DNA of 64,000 nucleotides from Escherichia coli (GTDB lineage Bacteria; Pseudomonadota; Gammaproteobacteria; Enterobacterales; Enterobacteriaceae): NCBI RefSeq assembly GCF_003790525.1, contig NZ_CP033633.1; one strand, 5' to 3'. Shown piece by piece: positions 38,031 to 47,815 of this stretch (position 1 is its first letter; each line of letters starts with the position of its first letter). The notes under the pieces were generated by a model. It saw only the letters and a program-made list of their open reading frames with translations, ran no database searches and was not told where the DNA came from. The position numbers and the translations under genes were made by a program.

Positions 38031-38453
38031 GTAAGCGTACAGCCTGAACCGTCTGGTCAGAATCTGACGAATTAGACAAAGTGATGTCCACCAAATAAGT
38101 GAAGTGCGCCCCAATAGTTAGACACCAGATCTGTAACTGAGGAGCGTATGAGCAAATTTTCATTAGAATTCAAAAGGGAAGTATCAGAAAAATACCTGGA
38201 AGGTGAGCTGAGTTTGAAGTCTGTTGGAAAAATGTACAATATTGACCCCAGCACGGTAAGGAAATGGGCTTATGTTTACCGTAAGCACGGATTAAAAACA
38301 CTGACTGGGCAAAAAAGACGTTATGACGATAACTTCAGATTGAATGTGGTCAGAGATGTTATTGATAATTCTCTTTCTATAAGGGAAGCTGCAGTGAAGT
38401 ATGGGATCCCTGCTTTTAACACCATATCCAAATGGATTAAAAAATACAGTGAG
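38031..38453 (+). mobile_element. IS66-family left end with 5' part of an orf1-type gene, truncated by IS629
   Basis: Starts GTAAGCGTACAGCCTGAACC (same as 43269-); ORF 38148-38456 is a small HTH protein cut at the IS629 boundary. Confidence 0.55.
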
Positions 38454-38495
38454 TGAACCGCCCCGGGTTTCCTGGAGAGTGTTTTATCTGTGAAC

Positions 38496-39386
38496 TCAGG
38501 CTGCCAGATCATCGTTTCCGATGGAAGCATAATAAGCTTTTTCTGCTTCTGCCGGTGGGATATGGCCCAGCCTTTCCAGCAATCGTCGATTGTTATACCA
38601 GTCCACCCACGTGAGTGTGGCCAGCTCCACTTCTGTCCGGTTTTTCCAGCTCTTACGGTGTATTACCTCCGCTTTGTAAAGGCCATTGATGCTCTCCGCC
38701 ATCGCGTTGTCATACGAGTCACCAGTACTTCCTGTTGATGCCAGTAATCCGGCTTCCTTAAGCCGCTGTGTGTAGGCCAGCGATACATACTGAGAACCTT
38801 TATCACTGTGATGGACTGTGCCGGACGGTCGACGGGCCCATAACGCCTGCTCCAGAGCATCCAGCACGAATGTCGTTTCCATAGACGATGAGACCCGCCA
38901 CCCCACGATGTATCCGGCAAACACATCAATGATGAACGCCACATAGACGACCCCCTGCCATGTGCTGACGTAAGTAAAATCAGCCACCCACAACTGGTCA
39001 GGACGTTCTGCCACAAACTGACGGTTTACGCGGTCGCCTGCGGCAACGGCTTTCCGGCTGACGGTAGTGCGGACCTTTTTACCCCGGAGAACACCGGCAA
39101 GTCCCATAACCGCCATGAGGCGCGCCACTGTACATCTGGCTACCCTGATTCCTTCCCGTAACAACTGACGCCAGACTTTACGCACACCATATACCTGATG
39201 ATTCCCATCGTATACGCGCAGTATCTCTTTCTTCAGCCAGTCATCGCGCTGCGCACGGGCACTGCGTTTATAAGGATGATGTCGCTGTTGCTGACAGTGG
39301 TAATACGTTGACGGGGCAATATGTAGTTCACTGCATACCGGTCCGACCCCGTACAGCTTACGCAGCTTATCCAGCAGTGGCATCAC
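38496..39386 (-). CDS. IS629 transposase OrfB (DDE integrase core)
   Basis: 296 aa; [10 protein letters not shown]...; overlaps OrfA in the -1 frame. Confidence 0.85.
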   Translation of the reverse strand: MMPLLDKLRKLYGVGPVCSELHIAPSTYYHCQQQRHHPYKRSARAQRDDWLKKEILRVYDGNHQVYGVRKVWRQLLREGIRVARCTVARLMAVMGLAGVLRGKKVRTTVSRKAVAAGDRVNRQFVAERPDQLWVADFTYVSTWQGVVYVAFIIDVFAGYIVGWRVSSSMETTFVLDALEQALWARRPSGTVHHSDKGSQYVSLAYTQRLKEAGLLASTGSTGDSYDNAMAESINGLYKAEVIHRKSWKNRTEVELATLTWVDWYNNRRLLERLGHIPPAEAEKAYYASIGNDDLAA

Positions 39387-39709
39387 TTTTTCCAGAGGCG
39401 GTCGAACTCCGCCTTCGCAAAATAAGCGGAAGCCTGGCGAAGGATATCGTTACTGCGGCGCAGTTCACGATTTTCACGTTCCAGCTCTTTCAGACGCTGA
39501 CGTTCAGCGGTGGTGAGCCCGCCATCACCGCCTCCGGTATCCCGCTCATGCTGGCGTACCCAGACACGCAGAGTCTCCGGTGTACAGCCAATCTTTGGGG
39601 CAATGGAACAAATTGCCGCCCACTGTGAGTCATATTCGCCCTGACTTTCCAGAACCATACGAATCGCCCTCTGACGGACTTCGGGGGAAAAACGAGTATT
39701 TTTAGTCAT
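39383..39709 (-). CDS. IS629 transposase OrfA
   Basis: 108 aa HTH/leucine-zipper protein. Confidence 0.85.
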   Translation of the reverse strand: MTKNTRFSPEVRQRAIRMVLESQGEYDSQWAAICSIAPKIGCTPETLRVWVRQHERDTGGGDGGLTTAERQRLKELERENRELRRSNDILRQASAYFAKAEFDRLWKK

Positions 39710-39764
39710 TCTGTTTACCTCTTTATCAGGGAGTTTAGTCTCCAGGATTCCCGGGGCGGTTCAG

Positions 39765-40006
39765 TTTTCACTCAGCTATGAACAACTGACCCGGTTTGCG
39801 GAACGACGCATCCGGGAATGCAATCTGGACAGCCAGGGCGCGATTTATCTCTGCGAGTCAGCCAAAGCCGGAGCCGTGCTGATCTTCTGGCATGAACTGG
39901 CCATAAATGGCTATACCTCAATGAATGCCATAAAAAGACAGGAGATCATTGACGCCGACCATCAGCGCCTCAGAAAGCTTATCTGGCCGGAGGATGACTG
40001 GAAATG
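39765..40006 (+). pseudogene. 3' fragment of an unknown gene truncated by IS629
   Basis: Frame open from the IS629 boundary: ...FSLSYEQLTRFAERRIRECNLDSQGAIYLCESAKAGAVLIFWHELAINGY...WPEDDWK stop; no start. Confidence 0.4.
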
Positions 40007-40594
40007 ACCCAGAGCCGCCGACCGTCGCCACTGCAACGGAGAGTGCTGATTGTGCTGGCTGCCCTTGATGAAAAACGGCCAGGCCCCGTGCTGACGCGGG
40101 ACATAGAACGGGTGCTGGAGCGAAGCGGGGAAGCCCCGGTCTACGGGCCAAACCTGCGCGCCTCCTGCCGTCGTCTGGAGGATGCCGGATGGCTGCGTAC
40201 CCTGCGCGCTCCGAACCTGCAGCTGGCAGTGGAACTGACGGACGCCGGCCGGGCCGTGGCACAGCCTCTGCTGCTGGCAGAACAGGACCGCCTCCGGGCA
40301 GAACAGCGTGCGGCAGAAGTCGTCGTACTGCCGCTGGTCCCGGCAGCAGGTCTGCCCGCAGACGGCACTTCTGCCACTGATCTGGCGGTGGAGCTGAACG
40401 GCATGACGTATCAGGCCTGCCGCGAGGATTTTGTGGTACGTCTCGACGGCAGCACCTGTCTGCAGTTATGGAATAAAGAAGGCAGGGTGGTACGGCGGGA
40501 GGGCGATCCGCTGGAAGTGGCGCAGTGGCTGCAGGCCTGTCACGATGCCGGAATGGAGGTTCGTGTACAGGTTAATGAAAGCGTCACCCCGTAA
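40004..40594 (+). CDS. hypothetical protein with N-terminal winged-helix-like segment (GC-rich)
   Basis: 196 aa; LQRRVLIVLAALDEKRPGPVLTRDIERVLERSG; start overlaps the stop of the truncated upstream ORF (ATGA). Confidence 0.5.
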   Translation: MTQSRRPSPLQRRVLIVLAALDEKRPGPVLTRDIERVLERSGEAPVYGPNLRASCRRLEDAGWLRTLRAPNLQLAVELTDAGRAVAQPLLLAEQDRLRAEQRAAEVVVLPLVPAAGLPADGTSATDLAVELNGMTYQACREDFVVRLDGSTCLQLWNKEGRVVRREGDPLEVAQWLQACHDAGMEVRVQVNESVTP

Positions 40595-40798
40595 CAGTAT
40601 TTCCCGCTCCGTGAAATTGAAACTTTGCAATTAATTCTTTGAGCGTCTTAGCTTTACAAGTAGTGATATGTCGCTTCCGTCAGGAATTTCGAGTTTTCTT
40701 ATCCGGTGATGTAGCCCGACATCAGTTTTATATCCAAGCAGTCTGGTGGCCTGGCTTATTGTTACTTGTATAACGACCTTTGTTCAGTTCAGTACATT

Positions 40799-40827
40799 CC
40801 GTCCCAGTTCGGACGGTTGTTTTTTTA
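40799..40827 (+). terminator. rho-independent terminator-like hairpin
   Basis: CCGTCC-cagttc-GGACGG followed by TTGTTTTTTT. Confidence 0.45.
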
Positions 40828-41114
40828 TGATGAAATGCTGTAGGAATATACTGACACGTGCATTACCCCTACCGCGATAATGCAACCGTACAATATAGGG
40901 CGTTTCCTAAACGCAGCCCTCATCACTCCAATCCAACAAGACACAGCATTTTTGATCACGAAGAAAGACAAATATATTTCCGTTGTTACAAATAACAACA
41001 GTGTTTTATATTTCTTTGACCTCAGGCCCGCGCATGTTGCCATTCGATGTCATTTTCCTGACTCGTTTCTTCTTTATGGTGTAGTGTGATCTTCACTTTA
41101 TGGATGCTAACAAT

Positions 41115-42473
41115 ATGAAAAGAAAAATTATTCCTGTGCTAATCGGTTGTACGCTCTCTTTCTCTGCCCTGGCGGCACAACCTACGGCTGAGCGCTATGT
41201 CGTCAGTTTTCCAGAAGGCACGCACGTGAACTACGCCGGCGCATTTGCTAGTGCATTCCCGAACGGCCTTCCGGTTGGGATAGGTTCTGGCCTGCTGTTC
41301 ACCGGTAAACAGGGCGATGCCCTGACATTCGCAACCATTACCGATCGCGGTCCGAACGCGGATTCACCGAAAGAGGGGAAAAACGAAACTAAAATTTTCG
41401 TTACGCCAGATTTCGCGCCGCTGCTGATGACGATTCGTGTACAAAACGGCAAAGCGGAGGCCATCGATCCCCGTCCTCTGCATGACGATAAAGGCGCGAT
41501 CAACGGTCTGCCGCTGGCAAGTGACGTGATTGGATCCACCAATGAAGTGGCCTTCAGCGACACGTTACATAGACTGAAGGGGGATAATCGCGGGCTGGAT
41601 ACGGAAGGGATCACTCCGGATGGTAAAGGAGGTTACTGGCTGTGCGATGAGTATGGCCCGTTCCTGATTAACATCGACAGTAAAGGGAAAATCCTGGCAA
41701 TCCACGGTCCGCAGGCGGCGGAAGGGGAAAAAGTGATTGCGGGCGGTTTGCCAAATATCCTCAAATGGCGTCAGGCGAACCGCGGCTTTGAAGGCCTCAC
41801 CCGTATGCCGGACGGGCGTATTATTGCCGCCGTGCAAAGTACGCTGGATATCGACGCTAAGAGCAAGGAAAAGGCGCTGTTTACGCGTCTGGTGAGCTTC
41901 GATCCGGCAAGCGGAAAAACCGCGATGTACGGTTATCCTATCGACAGCGCGGCCTACAGCAAAAACAGCGACGCTAAAATCGGAGACATCGTGGCGCTCG
42001 ATAACCAGCGCATCCTGCTGATCGAACAGGGAAGAGATAAAAACAACAGAATGCGTAACCTGATTTACGAGGTCGATCTCAATAAGGCGAGCGACCTGTC
42101 AGGCTTCGACAAGCCGGGTGAGTATCCGGAGTTTGATGATGAGAAAACCCTGTCACAGCGAGGCATTACCCTTGCGCAGAAAACGCAGGTTGTTGATCTG
42201 CGCTCCTTGGGCTGGCAGCAGGAGAAGGCTGAAGGGTTGGCGCTGATCGACAGCAAAACGCTGGCGGTGGCGAACGATAACGACTTTGGCGTGAAGGTGG
42301 CGATGCAACATCCGGTTGAGGGCAAGACATTCAAGGATTATCGGGTGAACGCGGAAGGAAAGCTGACGCTTGACGACAAGCAGGTTGAAACGACCCTCAG
42401 AGTGAAGCCACTGGAGAAACCGGAGTCTGACAGTGAACTGTGGATTGTGACGCTGCCGGAAGCGTTGAAATAA
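41115..42473 (+). CDS. secreted phytase-like (esterase-like activity of phytase family) protein
   Basis: Signal peptide MKRKIIPVLIGCTLSFSALAA; YWLCDEYGPF and related blocks recalled for this family; ORF track start at 41100. Confidence 0.55.
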   Translation: MKRKIIPVLIGCTLSFSALAAQPTAERYVVSFPEGTHVNYAGAFASAFPNGLPVGIGSGLLFTGKQGDALTFATITDRGPNADSPKEGKNETKIFVTPDFAPLLMTIRVQNGKAEAIDPRPLHDDKGAINGLPLASDVIGSTNEVAFSDTLHRLKGDNRGLDTEGITPDGKGGYWLCDEYGPFLINIDSKGKILAIHGPQAAEGEKVIAGGLPNILKWRQANRGFEGLTRMPDGRIIAAVQSTLDIDAKSKEKALFTRLVSFDPASGKTAMYGYPIDSAAYSKNSDAKIGDIVALDNQRILLIEQGRDKNNRMRNLIYEVDLNKASDLSGFDKPGEYPEFDDEKTLSQRGITLAQKTQVVDLRSLGWQQEKAEGLALIDSKTLAVANDNDFGVKVAMQHPVEGKTFKDYRVNAEGKLTLDDKQVETTLRVKPLEKPESDSELWIVTLPEALK

Positions 42474-42492
42474 GTTTATAAGGTACGGACAG

Positions 42493-43268
42493 GAGCCTGT
42501 TTAGGATTCTGTGTAAATGCCTTTTCTCAGAAGTGACCGTCCAGGCGGTCACCGAACTCGATAATAAAGCGGCTCATTGCCATTCGCCAGTCCTTCAACG
42601 GCATCGTCCATTTCTGGGACGCAGACTGGATTGCCAGCCACACCACTTTTTTCACCGAGTCGTCTGTCGGGAACACTTTACGCTTTTTGATCGCATGGCG
42701 GATCACGCTGTTTAGCGACTCGATGGCATTCGTCGTATAGATCACTTTGCGGATGTCCGTTGGATAAGCGAAGAACGTGGCAAGATTCGGCCAGTTCCTG
42801 CCAGCTTCGGCTTATCTGAGGATAGCGACTGTCCCAGGCCGCAGCGAACACTTCCAGTGCCTGCTGACCTGCCTCTTCCGTGGGAGCCTGATAAATCGCT
42901 TTCAGGTCGAGAGTGACGGCCTTGTAGTCCTTCCATGACACGAAGCGCAGGCTGTTGCGCACCATATGCACGATGCATAACTGGATGCGGGCCTTCGGAT
43001 ATACTGTGTTGATGGCATCCGGGAAGCCTTTCAGGCCATCCACACAGGCGATGAGGATATCGTTCAGACCGCGGTTTTTCAGTTCAGTCAGCACATTGAG
43101 CCAGAACTTCGCCCCTTCATTTTCGGCCAGCCACATACCCAGCAGTTCCTTCTGACCTTCGATATTGATGCCCAGTGCCAGGAACACCGATTTGTTGATG
43201 ACGCGACTGTCCTGCCGAACTTTCAGGACGATACAGTCAAGATAAACAATGGGTAAACAGCATCCAGT
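42493..43268 (-). mobile_element. IS256-family element, second truncated copy (interrupted by IS66-family element, with internal frameshift)
   Basis: Same end sequence as 28366-; transposase split into ORFs 42527-42745 and 42678-43187; truncated at the same internal position as copy 37253-38030. Confidence 0.75.
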
Positions 43269-43339
43269 GTAAGCGTACAGCCTGAACCGTCTGGTCAGAA
43301 TCTGACGAATTAGACAAAGTGGTGTCCACCAAATAAGTA

Positions 43340-43741
43340 GTGGGAACCAAAGTGTCAGATATGCAGAAAAATGTGACTCCCGGCAGGCGAAAAGGCTGCC
43401 CTAATTATCCTCCCGAATTTAAACAGCTGCTCGTTGCTGCCTCCTGTGAACCCGGGATATCCATCTCAAAACTTGCTCTTGAAAATGGCATTAACGCCAA
43501 TCTGTTGTTCAAATGGCGACAACAATGGCGCGAGGGAAAGCTGCTATTACCTTCTTCAGAGAGCCCCCAGCTACTTCCTGTGACTCTCGATGCAGCTGCC
43601 GAACAGCCAGAATCGCTCGCAGAGGACCCGGAAACCCTCAGTATCAGCTGTGAGGTAACGTTCCGGCACGGGACGCTCCGCTTCAATGGCAATGTCAGCG
43701 AAAAGCTCCTGACTCTGCTGATACAGGAACTGAAGCGATGA
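43340..43741 (+). CDS. IS66-family accessory protein TnpA (orf1)
   Basis: 133 aa; HTH-like N-terminus. Confidence 0.7.
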   Translation: MGTKVSDMQKNVTPGRRKGCPNYPPEFKQLLVAASCEPGISISKLALENGINANLLFKWRQQWREGKLLLPSSESPQLLPVTLDAAAEQPESLAEDPETLSISCEVTFRHGTLRFNGNVSEKLLTLLIQELKR

Positions 43742-44085
43742 TCCCGTTACCTTCCGGGACCAAAATTTGGCTGGTTGCCGGTATCACCGATATGAGAAAT
43801 GGCTTCAACGGCCTGGCTGCGAAAGTACAGACGGCGCTGAAAGACGATCCCATGTCCGGCCATGTTTTCATTTTCCGGGGCCGCAGCGGCAGTCAGGTTA
43901 AACTGCTGTGGTCCACCGGTGACGGACTGTGCCTCCTGACCAAACGGCTGGAGCGTGGGCGCTTCGCCTGGCCGTCAGCCCGTGATGGCAAAGTGTTCCT
44001 TACACAGGCGCAGCTGGCGATGCTGCTGGAAGGTATCGACTGGCGACAGCCTAAGCGGCTGCTGACCTCCCTGACCATGCTGTAA
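43738..44085 (+). CDS. IS66-family TnpB (orf2)
   Basis: 115 aa; MIPLPSGTKIWLVAGITDMRNGFNGLAAKVQ... typical of IS66 Orf2. Confidence 0.8.
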   Translation: MIPLPSGTKIWLVAGITDMRNGFNGLAAKVQTALKDDPMSGHVFIFRGRSGSQVKLLWSTGDGLCLLTKRLERGRFAWPSARDGKVFLTQAQLAMLLEGIDWRQPKRLLTSLTML

Positions 44086-44134
44086 ATCTCTTTATCCTGG
44101 TTGTCACAGAATAAGCCCGGTAAAATACGGGCTT

Positions 44135-45672
44135 ATGAACGACATCTCTTCTGACGACATCTTCCTGCTGAAACAGCGCCTGGCCGAACAGGAAGCGCTG
44201 ATCCACGCCCTGCAGGAAAAGCTGAGCAACCGTGAGCGCGAAATAGACCATCTGCAGGCGCAGCTGGATAAACTCCGCCGGATGAACTTCGGCAGTCGTT
44301 CCGAAAAAGTCTCCCGCCGTATCGCACAAATGGAAGCCGATCTGAACCGGCTTCAGAAAGAGAGCGATACGCTGACTGGTAGGGTGTATGACCCGCAGTA
44401 CAGCGTCCGTTGCGTCAGACCCGCATCCGTAAGCCGTTCCCTGAATCACTACCCCGTGACGAAAAGCGACTGTTGCCTGCGGCGCCGTGCTGCCCGAACT
44501 GCGGCGGTTCACTGAGCTATCTGGGCGAGGATACCGCCGAACAGCTGGAGTTGATGCGTAGCGCCTTCCGGGTTATCCGGACGGTACGGGAAAAACATGC
44601 CTGTACTCAGTGCGATGCCATCGTGCAGGCACCTGCACCTTCGCGGCCCATCGAGCGGGGTATCGCCGGACCGGGGCTGCTGGCCCGCGTGCTGACCTCG
44701 AAGTATGCAGAGCACACCCCGCTGTATCGCCAGTCAGAAATATACGGCCGGCAAGGTGTGGAGCTGAGCCGTTCACTGCTGTCGGGCTGGGTGGATGCAT
44801 GCTGCCGGCTGCTGTCTCCGCTGGAAGAGGCGCTTCATGGCTATGTCATGACTGACGGCAAACTCCATGCCGATGATACCCCGGTCCAGGTACTGATGCC
44901 GGGTAATAAGAAGACGAAGACCGGGCGGTTGTGGGCGTATGTTCGTGATGACCGCAATGCCGGGTCAGCGTTGGCACCTGCAGTGTGGTTCGCTTACAGC
45001 CCGGACAGAAAAGGCATCCATCCGCAGACTCATCTTGCTTGCTTCAGCGGTGTGCTGCAAGCGGATGCGTACGCCGGGTTCAACGAGCTGTATCGCAATG
45101 GTGGGATAACGGAAGCTGCCTGCTGGGCTCATGCCCGCCGAAAGATCCACGATGTGCACGTCCGCATCCCGTCAGCACTGACGGAAGAAGCCCTGGAGCA
45201 GATCGGTCAGTTGTACGCCATAGAGGCGGATATAAGGGGAATGCCGGCAGAGCAGCGGCTTGCTGAACGTCAGCGAAAAACGAAACCGCTGTTGAAATCC
45301 CTGGAAAGCTGGTTGCGTGAAAAGATGAAGACCCTGTCGCGACACTCAGAGTTGGCGAAGGCGTTCGCGTACGCACTTAACCAGTGGCCGGCACTGACGT
45401 ACTATGCGAACGATGGCTGGGTGGAAATCGACAACAACATCGCTGAAAATGCCCTGCGGGCGGTAAGTCTGGGTCGTAAAAACTTCCTGTTCTTCGGCTC
45501 TGGCCATGGTGGTGAGCGGGGAGCGCTACTGTACAGCCTGATAGGGACGTGCAAACTGAATGACGTGGATCCAGAAAGCTACCTTCGCCATGTGCTTGGC
45601 GTCATAGCAGACTGGCCGGTCAACCGGGTCAGCGAACTGCTTCCGTGGCGCATAGCACTGCCAGCTGAATAA
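44135..45672 (+). pseudogene. IS66-family transposase TnpC, apparently frameshifted (two overlapping frames 44135-44515 and 44410-45672)
   Basis: N-terminal coiled-coil in one frame, zinc-finger CPNCGG and DDE core in another. Confidence 0.65.
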
Positions 45673-45810
45673 CACATCCCCGTCAATACGGCCCTCGCTG
45701 TACGCTTACTCTCCTACAAGATTATTTAATGGAATGAAAAATATCTGGCCTGATAATAATGTTCCAGAATTAATATCTGCAGGCTATGTTAAGTTGTCCC
45801 CACACACAAT

Positions 45811-46086
45811 CTACCTGTTTTCTCGTGTGTGCCACAGGCGCAATACATAAATAGTCTGGCCATTAAGTTCGTAACGGATTTCGTACTCGCCAGCAAAAAT
45901 CCGTCTGACCTCCCTGGGTTCAAACTGAAACAACTGTTCTCCCATACGTGGATGAGTTAACAGAATGACCGGTGCCTGTGTCAGGGACTGCACCGTTCTG
46001 GCGGCCGCAGGTTTACTGGCCAGCACCAGAAAATCATATAACCGCGCCAAATCAGAAAGCGCCTTACTGGTCCACTTCAGTTCCAT
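45811..46086 (-). CDS. type II toxin, RelE/ParE family
   Basis: 91 aa; overlaps upstream RHH antitoxin gene by 1 bp. Confidence 0.7.
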   Translation of the reverse strand: MELKWTSKALSDLARLYDFLVLASKPAAARTVQSLTQAPVILLTHPRMGEQLFQFEPREVRRIFAGEYEIRYELNGQTIYVLRLWHTRENR

Positions 46087-46370
46087 CAGCGTGGCACCGG
46101 TAACGGATTGTCAGTACTGAGGCTGTCCGCCCAGGCCTGTACAGCCTGATGGTCGATAACCTGTCCGGATTTCACATCGTCCAGGGCTTCCAGCGTCAGG
46201 CGATTACGCTCCTCCTCCTGGGCAAGCCATGCAGAAAGCGCCTGTTTGATAACCCAGCCCCGGGAGCGTTCCAGTCTGGCGGCCATCTGGTCGACTTTAT
46301 CAGCCATTGGTAATGGCACATGCGCGGTAATGACTTTTGTTGCCTGTGCGGTATTGTTTTTCATTTGCAT
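46086..46370 (-). CDS. type II antitoxin, ribbon-helix-helix (ParD/CopG-like)
   Basis: 94 aa; precedes the RelE/ParE-like toxin. Confidence 0.65.
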   Translation of the reverse strand: MQMKNNTAQATKVITAHVPLPMADKVDQMAARLERSRGWVIKQALSAWLAQEEERNRLTLEALDDVKSGQVIDHQAVQAWADSLSTDNPLPVPR

Positions 46371-46432
46371 ACCCGATTAGTTGTTAATCATATTTAATCA
46401 TAGTGATTACTTTCAGACGGAACAAGGCAAAT

Positions 46433-46658
46433 AATGCGCGTCAGCGCATGTAAGGCGGCACTCCGTTGTTGCATATGGCACAGGAGTAAAACCGCCGAAG
46501 CCCGGCGTAAGCCGGTACTGATTGATAGATTTCACCTTACCCATCCCCAGCCCTGCTAAGCCATACCCGCTTTCAGCCATGAGAGAGCTTCTGTGCGCGG
46601 TCGGAGTGGTCCCGACGAGGGTTTACCCGAAGTCGGGACGTATCTCCGCGTTAGCGGG
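46433..46658 (-). repeat. inverted copy of the ~215-bp repeat at 21172-21390
   Basis: Reverse complement aligns with 21172-21390 with few mismatches; lies immediately upstream of the RHH/ParE operon. Confidence 0.8.
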
Positions 46659-46755
46659 GTCAGTTTGGAATTCGGAAAATAAACCATGTTAAGACTATTT
46701 TTTAGCCAAAGGGCTTTCAGGAATCGCCAGAATGGCGGGGCAACAGTGGTTTTGG

Positions 46756-46827
46756 TGTCCGAAATCGACCTGTTTCGGACATTGTTAAACAGATATATCC
46801 GAAAGTCAGCAAAATTACTTTCGGACA
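46756..46827 (+). promoter_or_regulatory. res-like recombination site upstream of the resolvase gene
   Basis: Two palindromic subsites: TGTCCGAAA-tcgacctg-TTTCGGACA (46756-46781) and TCCGAAAGT-cagcaaaatt-ACTTTCGGA (46799-46827). Confidence 0.55.
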
Positions 46828-46870
46828 TGCATTATAATATGTACACCCATTTCGTACAGAAGATCTCACT

Positions 46871-47461
46871 ATGTCTCGAATTTTTGCCTATTGTCGGGTT
46901 TCCACTCTGGAACAGACGACCGAAAATCAACGTCGGGAAATCGAAAGCGCGGGTTTTAACGTCAGACCCCAACGAATAATAGAAGAACAAATTAGTGGAT
47001 CAGTAGCAGCCAGTGAACGTCCAGGTTTTAACCGGTTGCTTGATCGTCTGGAAAGTGGCGATGTATTGATAGTCACAAAACTGGATCGCCTCGGTCGTAA
47101 TGCAATGGATATCAGGAAAACAGTGGAGCAACTGACCGAATCTGGCATCAGGGTGCATTGCCTGGCATTAGGTGGTGTTGATCTGACCAGTCCGGCAGGA
47201 AAAATGACAATGCAAGTGATTTCAGCGGTCGCTGAATTTGAACGAGATCTTTTACTTGAACGAACTTATTCAGGGATAGCAAGAGCACGGGATGCAGGAA
47301 AACGTTTTGGTCGCCCACCGGTATTAAATGAAGAACAAAAACAGAAGGTACTCGAACGCATTAAGTCTGGGGCAAGTATAAGTGCTATTGCCAGGGAATT
47401 CCGAACCACACGGCAAACAATTCTGAGAGTTAGAGCGAAACAGCAAACTGTTACTGTATAG
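46871..47461 (+). CDS. serine recombinase (resolvase family)
   Basis: 196 aa; N-terminal catalytic [12 protein letters not shown] with active-site Ser; C-terminal HTH. Confidence 0.8.
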   Translation: MSRIFAYCRVSTLEQTTENQRREIESAGFNVRPQRIIEEQISGSVAASERPGFNRLLDRLESGDVLIVTKLDRLGRNAMDIRKTVEQLTESGIRVHCLALGGVDLTSPAGKMTMQVISAVAEFERDLLLERTYSGIARARDAGKRFGRPPVLNEEQKQKVLERIKSGASISAIAREFRTTRQTILRVRAKQQTVTV

Positions 47462-47520
47462 AAAATAGTCTTAGCGTGGGATATTTTCCGTTTTCCAAGC
47501 GGACCCCAAGGAAGACTACA

Positions 47521-47666
47521 TCGCGTTCATGCCGAAACCGAATGTAAGAACGGCATTGCATAATCTTGCAGTGGCGATCGAACATTACAATGAAAACCAT
47601 CCGCACAGTGCGTTGGGTTATCGCTCTCCGCGAGAATATCGACGTCAGCGGGTAACATTAACTTAA
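47521..47666 (+). pseudogene. C-terminal fragment of a DDE transposase (IS3-family-like)
   Basis: ...[27 protein letters not shown] stop; no N-terminal part. Confidence 0.4.
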
Positions 47667-47815
47667 GATACAACCCCTGTCTGGAAATAAGGGGGCAAGA
47701 ACACATTGACACTGTAAATATGGCATTGTATAAAATCCCGCGACGATAATGAGTTTCATTTGCATTACTCCCATTTGCTGGTCATCCACTCGCCTGTTTA
47801 CAAGGATAGCGTTTA

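Larger units (their letters stand above)
38454..39763 (-). mobile_element. IS629 (IS3 family), complete 1310-bp copy
   Basis: Terminal repeats TGAACCGCCCCGGG...; Orf[32 protein letters not shown]... and OrfB with DDE core; identical copy inverted at 58902-60211. Confidence 0.85.
43269..45709 (+). mobile_element. IS66-family insertion sequence (tnpA-tnpB-tnpC)
   Basis: Terminal repeats GTAAGCGTACAGC (43269-) and GCTGTACGCTTAC (-45709); three-gene IS66 layout. Confidence 0.8.
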
